NCBI RefSeq assembly: GCF_036365525.1
Contig: NC_090396.1
Location: 12,008,606-12,072,605 of the forward strand
Length of the DNA stretch: 64,000 nucleotides
Origin: Heterodontus francisci
Taxonomy: Eukaryota
Direction: 5' to 3'
The notes below the pieces were generated by a model. It was not told the origin of the DNA and made no database searches. It saw only the letters and a program-made list of their open reading frames with translations. The translations under genes were made by a program, and so were the position numbers. Positions within the stretch are counted from its first letter, which is position 1. Each line of letters opens with the position of its first letter. This document shows positions 36,780 to 50,415 of the stretch, piece after piece.

Positions 36780-38200
36780 GTCACACAGCACAGGAACAGG
36801 AGGAGGCCATTCAGCCCCTCGAGCCTGTTCTGCCATTCAATGAGGTCATGGCTGATCTGTATCTTAACTCCATCCACCTGCCTTGGGCTCCATATACTTT
36901 TATACCCTTGGCTGGCAAAAATCTATCAGTCTCTGATTTAAAATTATTAATGAGTTAGCGTCTATTGCTTTTTGTGGGGGAGAGTTCCAAATTTCTACCA
37001 CCCTTTACTCAAAGAAGTGTTTCCTAACTTCTCTCCTGAGTGACTTGGCTCTAATTTTAACATTGCGACCCCCTTGTCCTAGACTCTCCCACCAGTGGAA
37101 AAAGTTTCTCTCTGTCTACCCTATCAATCCCTTTCAAAATCCGAAAAACCTCAATCAGTGCTCAGATCAGAACAGACACCTGGAGCTTGGACAGGTCAGA
37201 GTGAGTAGAGACAGATAGTGCAGCCGATTGTGTGGCTGGTGAAATGGTGAAGGAGGGAGAGCTTTAGATTCCTGGAGCATTTGGACCAGTTCTGGGGGAG
37301 GTGGGACCTGTACAGGCAGGATGGGCTGCACCTCAACAGAGTCGGGACCAATATCGTGGCGGGGAGGTTTGCTAGTGCTGTTCAGCTAACTTGACGGGGG
37401 GATGGGAACCTGAGTGTGGATTCAGAGGAAGAAACAATTATAGTCGTGAGGAGGGATTATTTGGTAGAAGGATCATCAAATGAGGTCATATTGGTTGAAC
37501 TGAAGAACAAAAAAGGGGCAATCACACCACTGGGGCTGTGAGACCCCCCCCAAAGAATCAGAGGGAGATAGAAGAGCAAGTATGGAGGCAAATCTCTGAG
37601 AAGTGCAAAAACAATAGAGCAGAAATGGTGGGGCATTTCAACTACCCTAATATTAACTGGAATAAGTTCATTGTAAAAGGTACAGAGGGTACAGAATTCT
37701 TAAAATGTATCCAGGAGTTTTTTAGCCAGTATGGCAAGCCCAACAAGGGGCAGTTCTGGACTTAGTTTCAGGAAATGAATCCAGGCAAGTAGAAGGGGTA
37801 TTAGTGGCAGAGCAGTTTAGTGGTAGTGATCATAATTCAGCCAGATTTAGAATAGATATGGAAAGGGATAAAGATAGACTAGAATAGAAGTTTTAAATTG
37901 GGGAAAGGCCATTTTTACCAGCAGAGATATTAATAATCAGGGATTTAAAGTAATTGGTAGAAGGGTAAGAGTGGAGTTGAGATAATGTTTTCACCCAGAA
38001 GGTGGTGGGGGTCTGGAACTCGCTGCCTGGAAGGGTGGTACAGGCATTAAAACTTCCACCACATTTAAGAACATTTGGATAAGCACTTGAGGTGCTGTAA
38101 CCTACAGGACTATGGATCAAGAGCTGGAAGGTAGGGTTAGACTGAATAACTCTTTCTTGGCCAGCACAGACACTATGGGCTGAATGTAAATCTTTCTGTT
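36780..38200. mobile_element. CR1 fragments filling avidin intron 3
   Basis: Minus-strand CR1 tail ~36780-37150; plus-strand ORF1, endonuclease and tail remnants ~37225-38190. Confidence 0.7.
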
Positions 38201-38215
38201 TCTATGATGGCTCAC

Positions 38216-38336
38216 CTTGTTGATTTCCAGTCATCCTCTAGACTGGCAGCCAGAGATCTCAGCAGCCATGTGGTCTTCAAAACCTGCTGTCCATCCTTCA
38301 GCATCAGGCACTGACCAACCCAGCATGTAATGGAGC
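38216..38336 (-). CDS. AVD: Avidin-like protein, exon 3 (121 nt)
   Basis: ttattttcAG acceptor and AAG|GTGAGC donor; (G)SITCWVGQCLMLKDGQQVLKTTWLLRSLAASLEDDWKST(R) matches avidin STTVFTGQC...LKTMWLLRS...DDWKATR. Confidence 0.93.
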
Positions 38337-38526
38337 CTGAAAATAACAGGAAACACTCTTCACAGTCTGATCATTAATCCTCACCAATCACTCCATTCAC
38401 CCCTTCAGTGAAACTCAGAGCAGGTCCAGAGGTCCCACTCCGAGATGCTCAACACCTAGTTTCATTTTAAAGGACTCATTCACTCGCAAATTACTTGAAT
38501 TATTTAATGCTTTCGTCATACTGGTT

Positions 38527-38737
38527 AGCAGGAAAGGCAGGGAAAGGGAGGGAGGGAGATGAGAAAAGGAGACAGAGAGAGTAAGACAGAGAGGGAAAGT
38601 GAGGGAGAGATAAAGAGACAGAGAGAGGGGGTAAGAGAGGGAGGGAAAGAGAGAGAGGGAGGGAGACAGAGATAGAGCATAACAGAGAGAGAGCGCAAAA
38701 GAAAGGAAGCGAGAGAGGGATACAGAGAGACAGAGGA
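38527..38737. repeat. Purine-rich GA low-complexity tract
   Basis: Almost only G and A on the plus strand. Confidence 0.85.
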
Positions 38738-41705
38738 CAAAGAACAAAGAACAGTACAGCACAGGAACAGGCCATTCGACCATCCAAGCCTGCGCTGATC
38801 TTGATGCCTGTCTAAACTAAAACTGTCTGTACTTCCGGGGTCCGTATCCCTCTATTCCCATCCTATTCATGTATTTGTCAAGATGCCTCTTAAAGGTCGC
38901 TATCGTACCTGCTTCCACCACCTCCCCCGGCAGCAAGTTCCAGGCACTCACCACCCTCTGTGTAAAGAACTTGCCACGCACATCCCCTCTAAACTTTGCC
39001 CCTCGCACCTTAAACCTATGTCCCCTAGTAACTGACTCTTCTACCCTGGGAAAAAGCTTCTGACTATCCACTCTGTCCATGCCGCTCATAACTTTGTAAA
39101 CCTCTATCATGTCGCCCCTCCACCTCCGTCGTTCCAGTGAAAACAATCCGAGTTTATCCAACCTCTCCTCATAGCTAATGCCCTCCAGACCAGGCAACAT
39201 CCTGGTAAACCTCTTCTGTACCCTCTCCAAAGCCTCCACGTCCTTCTGGTAGTGTGGCGACCAGAATTGCACGCAATATTCTAAGTGTGGCCTAACTAAA
39301 GTTCTGTACAGCTGCAGCATGACTTGCCAATTTTTATACTCTATGCCCCGACCGATGAAGGCAAGCATGCCGTATGCCTTCTTGACTACCTTATCCACCT
39401 GCGTTGCCACTTTCAGTGACCTGTGGACCTGTATGCCCAGATCTCTCTGCCTGTCAATACTCCTAAGGGTTCTGCCATTTACTGTATACTTCCCACCTGC
39501 ATTAGACCTTCCAAAATGCATTACCTCACATTTGTCCGATTAAACTCCATCTGCCATTTCTCCGCCCAAGTCTCCAACCGATCTATATCCTGCTGTATCC
39601 TCTGACAATCCTCATCACTATCTGCAACTCCACCAACCTTTGTGTCGTCCGCAAACTTACTAGTCAGACCAGCTACATTTTCCTCCAAATCATTTATATA
39701 TACTACAAAGAGCAAAGGTCCCTGCACTGACCCTTGTGGAACACCACTAGTCACAGCCCTCCATTCAGAAAAGCACCCTTCCACTGATACCCTCTGTCTT
39801 CTATGACCGAGCCAGTTCTGTATCCATCTTGCCAGCTCACCTCTGATCCCGTGTGACTTCACTTTTTGTACCAGTCTGCCATGAGGGACCTAGTCAAAGG
39901 CTTTACTGAAGTCCATATAGACAACATCCACTGCTCTTCCTTCATCAATCATCTTCATCACTTCCTCAAAAAACTCAATCAAGTTAATGAAACACGACCT
40001 CCCCTTCACAAAACCATGTTGCCTCTCGCTAATATGTTCATTTGTTTCCAAATGGGAGTAAATCCTGTCCCAAAGAATCTTCTCCAATAATTTCCCTACC
40101 ACTGACGTAAGGCTCACCGGCCTGTAATTTCCTGGATTATCCTTGCTACCCTTCTTAAACAAAGCAACAACATTGGCTATTCTCCAGTCCTCTGGGACCT
40201 CACCTGTAGCCAATGAGGAGACAAAGATTTCTGTCAAGGCCCCAGCAATTTCTTCCCTTGCCTCCCTCAGTATTCTGGGGTAGATCCCATCAGGCCCAGG
40301 GGACTTATAGAGTCTTAGAGTCGTACAGCATGGAAACAGGCCCTTCGGCCCACCGCGTCCATGCCGACCATCATGCCTATCTATACTAATCCCACCTGCC
40401 TACATTAATTCCATATCCCTCTATGCCTTGCTCATTCAAGTCCCTGTCCAGATGCCTCTTAGATGTCGCTACTGTTCCTGCCTCCACCACCTCCTCTGGC
40501 AGCTCATTCCAGATACCCACTATTCTTTGTGTGAAAAATTTACCCCTTTGATCCCCTTTAAACCTCCTTCCTCTCACCTTAAATCTATGCCCTCTAGTTT
40601 TACTCACCCCTACCATGGGAAACAGACTCTGGCTATCTACCCTATCTATGCCTCTCATAATTTTATATACCTCTATCATGTCCCCTCTCAACCTCCTTCG
40701 CTCCAGGGAAAACAGACCCAGCCTATCCAATCTCTCTTTATAACTCAAGCCCTCCAAACCAGGCAACATCCTTGTGAATCTTTTCTGCACCCTCTCTAGC
40801 TTAATCACATTTTTCCTGTAGTGCGGTGACCAGAACTGCACACAGTACTCCAAATGCGGCCGAATCAACGTTATGTACAACTGTAACATGACGTCCCAAC
40901 TCTTGTACTCAATGCCTCTGCCGATGAAGGCAAGCATGCCATACTCCTTCTTCACCACCCTGTCTACCTGTGTTATCTACCTTAATGCTTTGCAAGACGC
41001 CCAACACCTCCTCCTTTTTGATAACGACATGACCCAGACTATCTACACTCCCTTCCCTCGACTCATCATCCACCAAGTCCTTCTGTTTGGTGAATACTGA
41101 TGCAAAGTACTCATTTAGTACATCGCCCATTTCCTCTCGCTCCACACATAGATTCCCTCCTCTGTCCTTGAGTGGGCCAACCCTTTCCCTGGTTACCCTC
41201 TTGCTCTTTATATACGTATAAAAAGCCTTGGGATTTTCCTTAATCCTGTTTGCCAATGACTTCTCATAACATCTTTTAGCCCTCCTGACTCCTTGCTTAA
41301 GTTGCTTCCTACTGTCTTTATATTCCTCAAGGGATTCGTCTGTTCCCAGCCTTCCAGCTCTTACAAATGCTTCCTTTTTCTTTTTGACTAGGCTCACAAT
41401 ATCCCTCGTTATCCAAGGTTCCTGAAACTTGCCAAACTTATCCTTCTTCCTCACAGGAACATGCTGGTCCTGGATTCTAATCAACTGACGTTTGAAAGAC
41501 TCCCACATGTCAGATGTTGATTTACCCTCAAACAGCCGCCCCCAATCTAAATTCTTCAGTTCCTGCCTAATATTGTTATAATTAGCCTTCCCCCAATTTA
41601 GCACCTTCACCCGAGGACTACTCGTATCCTTATCCACAAGTACCTTAAAACTTACGGAATTATGGTCACTGTTCCCAAAATGCTCCCCTACTGAAAGTTT
41701 GACCA
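38738..41705 (-). mobile_element. Young CR1 copy containing a nested 3' fragment of another CR1 family (40309-40972)
   Basis: RT ORFs between 38817 and 40237; nested piece bounded by TTAT at 40305-40308 and 40973-40976; the 5' end abuts the satellite. Confidence 0.9.
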
Positions 41706-44700
41706 CCCGTACGGTGGGGGATAACAATCGTGTAACTATCCCGTACGGTGGGGGATAACAATTGTGTAACTATCCCGTACAGTGGGGGGATAACAATCGT
41801 GTAAGTGTAACTATCCCGTACGGCGGGGGATAACAATCGTGTAACTATCCCATAGGGTGGGGAATAACAATCGTGTCAGTTTCCGATATGGCAGGGAATA
41901 ACAATCGTGTAAGTATCCGGTACGGCGGGGGATAACAATCGTGTAAGTGTAACTATCCCATACAGTGGGGGATAACAATTGTGTAACTGTCCCATACGGC
42001 GGGGGATAATAATCGTGTAACTATCCCGTACGATGGGGGATAATAATCGTGTAACTATCCCATACGGTGGGGAATAATAATCGTGTAACTATCCCGTACG
42101 GTGGGGAATAATAATCGTGTAACTATCCCGTACGGTGGGGGATAATAATCATGTAACTATCCCGTACGGTGGGGGATAACAATCGGGTAACTATCCCGTA
42201 CGGTGGGGGATAATAATCGTGTAACTATCCCGTACGGTGGGGGATAATAATCGTGTAACTATCCCATACGGTGGGGAATAACAATCGTGTCAGTTTCCGA
42301 TACGGCGGGGAATAACAATCGTGTAAGTATCCGGTACGGCAGGGGATAACAATCGTGTAAGTGTAACTATCCCATACAGTGGGGGATAACAATCGTGTAA
42401 CTATCCCGTACGCTGGGATAGCAATTGTGTAATTATCCCCGACGGTGGGTGATACAATCGCGCAACTATCCAGTATGGCGGGGGATAACAATCGTGTAAG
42501 TATCCTTTACGGTGGGGGATTACAATCGTGTAAGTATCCCGTATGGCGGGGGATAACAATCATGCAACTATCCCTGACGGTGGGTGATAACAATCGTGTA
42601 ACTAGCCCACACGGTGGGGATAAACAATTGTGTAGATATCCCGTATAGTGGGGGATAACACTCGTGTAACAATCCCGTACGGTGGGGGATAACAATTGTG
42701 TAATTATCCCGTATGGTGGGGGATAACAATCATGTAACTATCCCGTATAGTGGGGGATAACAATCGTGTAAGTATCCTGTACGGTGGGGGATAACAATCG
42801 TGTAACTATCCCGTGCGGTGGGTGATAACAATCGTGTAACTATCCCACACGGTGGGGGATAACAATTGTGTAACTATCCCACATGGTAGGGGATAACAAT
42901 CGTGTAACTATCCAATACAGTGGGTGATAACAATCGTGTAAGTATCCCATACGGTGGGGGATAACAATCGTAAAACTATCCCAAACGGCGGGGGATAACA
43001 ATCGTGTAAGTATCCCGTATGGCGGAGGATAACAATCGTGTAAGTGTAACTATCCCGTATGGTGGGAGATAACAATCGTATAAGTTTCCCATACGGCGGG
43101 GGGTACCAATCGTGTAACTATCCCGTACAGCAGGGGATAACAATCGCGTAAGTGTAACTATCCCTTAGGGTGGGGGATAACAATCCTGTAACTATCTCAC
43201 ATGGTGGGTGATAACAATTGTCTAACTATCCAGTGCGGTGGGTGATAACAATCATGTAATTATCCAACACGGCGGCGGGGGGGGGATAACAATCGTGTAA
43301 CTATCCCGTATGGCGGGAGATAACAATCGTGTAACTATCCCGTACGGTGGGGGATAACAATCGTGTAAGTGTAACTATCCCATACAGTGAGGGTTAACAA
43401 TCGTGTAACTATCCTGTATGGCGGGGGATAACAATTGTGTAACTGTCCCATACGGCAGGGGATAACAATTGTGTAAGTATCCGGTACGGCGGGGGATAAC
43501 AATCGTGTAAGTGTAACTATCCCATACAATGGGGGATAACAATCGTGTAACTATCCCGTATGGCGGGGGATAACAATTGTGTAACTGTCCCATACGGCGG
43601 GGGATAACAATTGGGTAACTATCCTGTACGGTGGGGGATAATAATCGTGTAACTACCCCGTACGGTGGGGGATAATAATCGTGTAACTATCCCGTACGGC
43701 GGGGATAACAATTGTGTAATTATCCCCTACGGTGGGTGATAACAATCGCGCAACTATCCCGTACGGCGGGGGGAAACAATCGTGTAAGTATCCCGTATGG
43801 CGGGGGATAACAATCGTGCAACTATCCCTGACGGTGGGTGATAACAATCGTGTAACTATCCCACACGGTGGGGGATAACAATTGTGTAACTATCCCGTAT
43901 AGTGGGGGATAACAATCGTGTAACAATCCCGTATAGTGGGGGATAACAATCGTGTAAGTATCCCGTACAGTGGGGGATAATAATCGTGTAACTATCCCGT
44001 ACAGCGGGGATTATAATTGTGTAATTATCCCGTACGGTGGGGGACAACAATCGTGTAACTATCCTGTATAGTGGGGGATCACAATCGTGTAAGTATCCTA
44101 TACGGTGGGGGATAACAATCGTGTACCTATCCCGTGCGGTGGGTGATAACAATCGTGTAACTATCCCACATGGTGGGGGATAACAATTGTGTAACTATCT
44201 CTCACGGTAGGGGATAACAATCGTGTAACTATCCAATACAGTGGGTGATAACAATCGTGTAAGTGTCCTGTACGGTGGGGGATAACAATCGTGTAACTAT
44301 CCCATACGGCGGGGGATAACAATCGTGTAAGTATCCCGTATGGCGGAGGATAACAATCGTGTAAGTGTAACTATCCCGTATGGTGGGAGATAACAATCGT
44401 GTAAGTTTCCCATACGGCGGTGGGTAACAATTGTGTAACTATCCCGTACGGTGGGGCATAACAATCGTGTAACTATCCCATACGGCGGGGGATAACAATC
44501 GTGTAACTATCCCGTACGGTGGGGGATAACAATCGTGTAACTATCCCATACGGCGGGGGATAACAATCGTGTAAGTATCCTGTACGGCAGGGGATAATAA
44601 TCGTGTAACTATCCTTTAGGTGAGGGATAACAATCGTGTAAGTTTCCTCGACAGCGGGGGATAACAATCGTGTAAGTGTAACTATCTTGTACAGTGGGGG

Positions 44701-47700
44701 ATAGCAATCGTGTAACTATCCCGTACGGCTGGGGATAATAATCGTGTAACTATTCCGTACGGTGGGGGATAACAATCGTGGAAGTGTAACTATCCTGTAC
44801 AGTGGAGGGTAACAATCGTGTAAGTATCCCGTAGGGCGGGGGATAACAATCGTGTAACCATCCTTTACGGTGGGGGATAACAATCGTGTAACTATCCCGT
44901 ATGGTGGGGGATAACAATCGTGTAACTATCCTGTACGGCGGGGGATAACAATCGTGTAAGTATCCCGTATAGCGGGGGATATCAATCGTGTAACTATCCC
45001 GTACAGTGGGGGATAACAATCGTGTAACTATCACGTATGGTGGGGGATAACAATCGTGTATGTATCCCGTACGGTGGGGGATAACAATCGTCTAAGTATC
45101 CCGTATGGCGGGGGATAACAATCGTCTAAGTATCCCGTATGGCGGGGGATAACAATCGTGTAAGTATCCCGTATGGCGGGGGATAACAATCGTGTAACCA
45201 TCCTTTACGGTGGGGGATAACAATCGTGTAAGTATCCCGTATGGCGGGGATAACAATCGTGTAACTATCCTTTACGGTGCGGGATAACAATCGAGTAAGT
45301 ATCCCGTACGGCGGGGGATAACAATCGTGTAAGTATCCCGTATGGCGGGGGATAACAATCGTGTAACTATCCCGTACGGTGGGGGATAACAATCGTGTAA
45401 CTATCCTTTACGGTGGGGGATGACAATCGTGTAACTATCCTTTACGGTGGGGGGTAACAATCGTGTAACTATCCCGTGTGGTGGGGGATAACAATCGTGT
45501 CAGTATCCCGTATGGCGGGGGAAAACAATCGTGTAACTATCCTTTACGGTGAGGAATAACAATCGTGTAACTATCCTGTATGGCGGGGGATAACAATCGT
45601 GTAACTATCCTTTACGGTGGGGGATGACAATCGTGTAACTATCCTTTACGGTGGGGGATAACAATCGTGTAACTATCCCGTATGGCGGGGGATAACAATC
45701 GTGTAACTATCCTTTACAGTGAGGGATAACAATCGGGTAACTATCCCGTACGGCGAGGAATAACAATCGTGTAACTATCCTGCACGGTGGGGGATAACAA
45801 TCGTGTAACTAACCCGTATGGCGGGGGATAACAATCGTGTAACTATCCCGTATGGCGGGGGATAACAATCGTGTAACTATCCCGTATGGCGGGGGATAAC
45901 GATCGTGTAACTATCCTTTATGGTGAGGGATAACAATCGTGTAACTATCCCGTACGGTGGGGGATAACAATCGTGTAACTATCCCGTACGGCGAGGGATA
46001 ACAATCGTGCAACTATCCCGTACGGTGGGGGATAACAATTGTACAATTAACCCGTACGGCAGTGGATTACAATTGTGTAACTATCTCGTACGGCAGTGGA
46101 TTACAATTGTGTAACTAACCCGTATGGCGGGGGATAACAATCGTGTAACTATCCCGTATGGCGGGGGATAACAATCGTGTAACTATCCCGTATGGCGGGG
46201 GATAACAATCGTGTAACTATCCCGTATGGCGGGGGATAACGATCGTGTAACTATCCTTTACGGTGAGGGATAACAATCGTGTAACTATCCCGTACGGCGT
46301 GGGGATAACAATCGTGTAACTATCTCGTACGGCAGTGGATTACAATTGTGTAACTATCCCTTACGGCGTGGGGATAACAATCGTGTAACTATCTCGTACG
46401 GTGGGGGATAACAATTGTGTAACTATCTCGTACGGTGGGGGATAACAATTGTGTAAGTATCCCATATGGCGGGGAATAATAATCGTGTAACTATCTCGTA
46501 CGGTGGGGGATAACAATCGTGTAACTATCCCGTACGGTGGGGGATAATAATCGTGTAACTATCCTTTATGGTGGGGGATAACAATCGTGTAAGTATCCCG
46601 TACGGCGGGGGATAACAATCGTGTAAGTATCCCGTGTGGCAGGGGATAACAATCGTGTAACTATCCCGTACGGTGGCCGATAACAATTGTATAATTATCC
46701 TGTACAGTGGGGTATAACAATCGTGTACTATCACATACGGTGGGTGTTAACAATTGTGTAACTATGCCGTATGGCAGGTGATAACAGTCCTGTAACATTC
46801 CCGGATGGTGGGGGATAACAATCGTGTAAGTATCCCGTGTGGCGGGGGATAGTAATCGTGTAACTATCCTGTACGGTGGGGGATAACAATCGTGTAAGTA
46901 TGCTGTACGGTGGGGGATAACAATTGTTTAAGTATCCCGTGAGGTGGGGGATAACAATCGTGTAAGTATCCCGTACGGTGGGGGATAACAATCGTGTAAG
47001 TATCCTGTGAGGTGGGGGATAACAATCGTGTAAGTATCCCGTATGGTGGGGGATACCAATCGTGTAAGTATCCTTTAGGTGAGGGATAACAATCGTGTAA
47101 GTTTCCTCTACAGCGGGGGATAACAACCTTGTAAGTGTAACTATCTTGTACAGTGGGGGATAGCAATCGTGTAACTATCCCGTACGGCAGGGGATAATAA
47201 TCGTGTAACTATTCCGTACGGTGGGGGATAACAATTGTGTAAGTGTAACTATCCTGTACAGTGGAGGATAACAATCGTGTAACTATCCCGTAGGGCGGGG
47301 GATATATTCGTGTAACTATTCCGTACGGTGGGGAATAATAATCGTTTAAGTATCTCGTACGGTGGGGGATATCAATCGTGTAACTATCCTTTACGCTGGG
47401 GGATAACAATCGCCTAAGTATCCCGTACGGCGGGGGATAACAATCGTGTAAGTATCCCGTATAGCGGGGGATATCAATCGTGTAACTATCCCGTACGGTG
47501 GGGGATAACAATCATGCAACCATCCCGTACGGTGGGGGATAACAATCGTCTGAGTATCCCGTACGGCGGGGGATAACAATCGTGTAAGTATCCCGTATGG
47601 CGGGGGATAACAATCGTGTAAGTATCCCGTATGGCGGGGGATAACAATCGTGTAACTATCCTTTACGGTGGGGGATGACAATCGTGTAACTATCCTTTAC

Positions 47701-50007
47701 GGTGGGGGGTAACAATCGTGTAACTATCCCGTGTGGCGGGGGATAACAATCGTGTCAGTATCCCGTATGGCGGGGGATAACAATCGTGTAACTATCCTTT
47801 ACGGTGGGGGATGACAATCGTGTAACTATCCTTTACGGTGAGGGATAACAATCGTGTAACTATCCCGTATGGCGGGGGATAACAATCGTGTAACTATCCT
47901 TTACGGTGGGGGATGACAATCGTGTAACTATCCTTTACGGTGGGGGATAACAATCGTGTAACTATCCCGTATGGCGGGGGATAACAATCGTGTAACTATC
48001 CTTTACAGTGAGGGATAACAATCGGGTAACTATCCCGTACGGCGAGGAATAACAATCGTGTAACTATCCTGCACGGTGGGGGATAACAATCGTGTAACTA
48101 TCCCGTATGGCGGGGGATAACAATCGTGTAACTATCCCGTATGGCGGGGGATAACGATCGTGTAACTATCCTTTATGGTGAGGGATAACAATCGTGTAAC
48201 TATCCCGTACGGTGGGGGATAACAATCCTGTAACTATCCCGTACGGCGAGGGATAACAATCGTGCAACTATCCCGTACGGTGGGGGATAACAATTGTACA
48301 ATTAACCCGTACGGCAGTGGATTACAATTGTGTAACTATCTCGTACGGCAGTGGATTACAATTGTGTAACTAACCCGTATGGCGGGGGATAACAATCGTG
48401 TAACTATCCCGTATGGCGGGGGATAACAATCGTGTAACTATCCCGTATGGCGGGGGATAACAATCGTGTAACTATCCCGTATGGCGGGGGATAACGATCG
48501 TGTAACTATCCTTTACGGTGAGGGATAACAATCGTGTAACTATCCCGTACGGCGTGGGGATAACAATCGTGTAACTATCTCGTACGGCAGTGGATTACAA
48601 TTGTGTAACTATCCCTTACGGCGTGGGGATAACAATCGTGTAACTATCTCGTACAGTGGGGGATAACAATCGTGTAACTATCTCGTACGGCAGTGGATTA
48701 CAATTGTGTAACTATCCCTTACGGCGTGGGGATAACAATCGTGTAACTATCTCGTACGGTGGGGGATAACAATCGTGTAACTATCTCGTACGGTGGGGGA
48801 TAACAATCGTGTAAGTATCCCATATGGCGGGGAATAATAATCGTGTAACTATCTCGTACGGTGGGGGATAACAATCGTGTACGTATCCCATATGGCGGGG
48901 AATAATAATCGTGTAACTATCCCGTACGGTGGGGGATAACAATCGTGTAAGTATCCCATATGGCGGGGAATAATAATCGTGTAACTATCTCGTACGGTGG
49001 GGGATAACAATCGTGCAACTATCCATTACGGTGGGGGATAATAATCGTGTAACTATCCCGTACGGTGGGGGATAATAATCGTGTAACTATCCTTTACGGT
49101 GGGGGATAACAATCGTGTAAGTATCCCGTGTGGCAGGGGATAACAATCGTGTAACTATCCCGTACGGTGGCCGATAACAATTGTATAATTATCCTGTACA
49201 GTGGGGTATAACAATCGTGTACTATCACATACGGTGGGTGTTAACAATTGTGTAACTATGCCGTATGGCAGGTGATAACAATCCTGTAACATTCCTGGAT
49301 GGTGGGGGATAACAATCGTGTAAGTATCCCGTGCGGCGGGGGATAGTAATCGTGTAACTATCCTGTACGGTGGGGGATAACAATCGTGTAAGTATGCCGT
49401 ACGGTGGGGGATAACAATCGTGTAAGTATCCCGTACGGTGGGGGATAATAATCGTGTAAGTATCCCGTGAGGTGGGGTATAACAATCGTGTAAGTATCCC
49501 GTACAGTGGGGGATAACAATCGTGTAAGTATCCCGTGAGGTGGGGGATAACAATCGTGTAGTATCCCGTGAGGTGGGGGATAACAATCGTGTAAGTATCC
49601 CGTACGGTGGGGGATACCAATCGTGTAAGTATCCCGTACGGTGGGGGATAACAATCGTGGAAGTATCCCGTGAGGTGGGGGATAACAATCGTGTAAGTAT
49701 CCCATACGGTGGGGGATAACAATCGTGTAACTATCCCCTACGGTGGGGGATAACAATTGCGTAAGTATCCCGTGAGGTGGGGGATAACAATCGTGTAAGT
49801 ATCCCGTACGGTGGGGGATAACAATCGTGTAACTATCCCCTACGGTGGGGGATCACAATCGTGTAACTATCCCGTGAGGTGTGGGATAACAATCGTGTAA
49901 GTATCCCCTTCGGTGGGGGATCACAATCGTGTAACTATCCCGTGAGGTGTGGGATAACAATCGTGTAAGTATCCCATACGGTGGGTGATTACAATCGTGT
50001 AACTATC
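41706..50007. repeat. 8.3-kb tandem satellite, 34-bp unit, about 240 copies
   Basis: Consensus TATCCCGTACGGTGGGGGATAACAATCGTGTAAC; 40-bp variants carry an extra GTAAGT; units are directly adjacent with no spacers. Confidence 0.97.
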
Positions 50008-50169
50008 ATCTCAGACCTTTCGTGATTTTGACAGCTCGATCAAATCTCTTTTAGGGAAAACAGCCCCAGCTTCTCCATGGTATTGTCATAATTGAAGTCC
50101 CTCATCTCTTGAACCATTCTTATAAATCTTTTCTGCACCCTCTCCAATGCCTTCACATTCTTCCCAAAG

Positions 50170-50415
50170 TGCAAGGGGTTTATTTAATATTCAGGGCTAT
50201 TTAATATTGAGGGTGGGTTAATATTGGAGTTAATTGTTATTGTGGTTTAATTAATCTTGGGTGTTGATTATTGGAGATTAATTTATATTGGTTGTTAATT
50301 AGAATGGGATTAATTGGTATTGGGTTATTTAATACTTGACTTATTTCATATTGAGTGTCATTTAATATTGGGTGTTAATTATTGGTTGTTAACTTTGGGG
50401 GTTTATTTGACATTG
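50170..50415. repeat. C-poor degenerate (ttaatattgg)-like tract, resuming at ~54782-54880
   Basis: Same composition on both sides of the 50416-54781 CR1 block. Confidence 0.65.

Noticed and set aside
42225-49756. Repetitive minus-strand ORFs (LLSPTVRDSYTIVIPHRTG...)
   Set aside because: Translation artefacts of the 34-bp unit cycling through all three frames; frequent stops and no splice structure.
41706-50007. CRISPR-like array: the hairpin followed by GGGGATAAC resembles type I-E repeats
   Set aside because: Units are directly adjacent with no unique spacers, there are no cas genes, and the context is a vertebrate intron.
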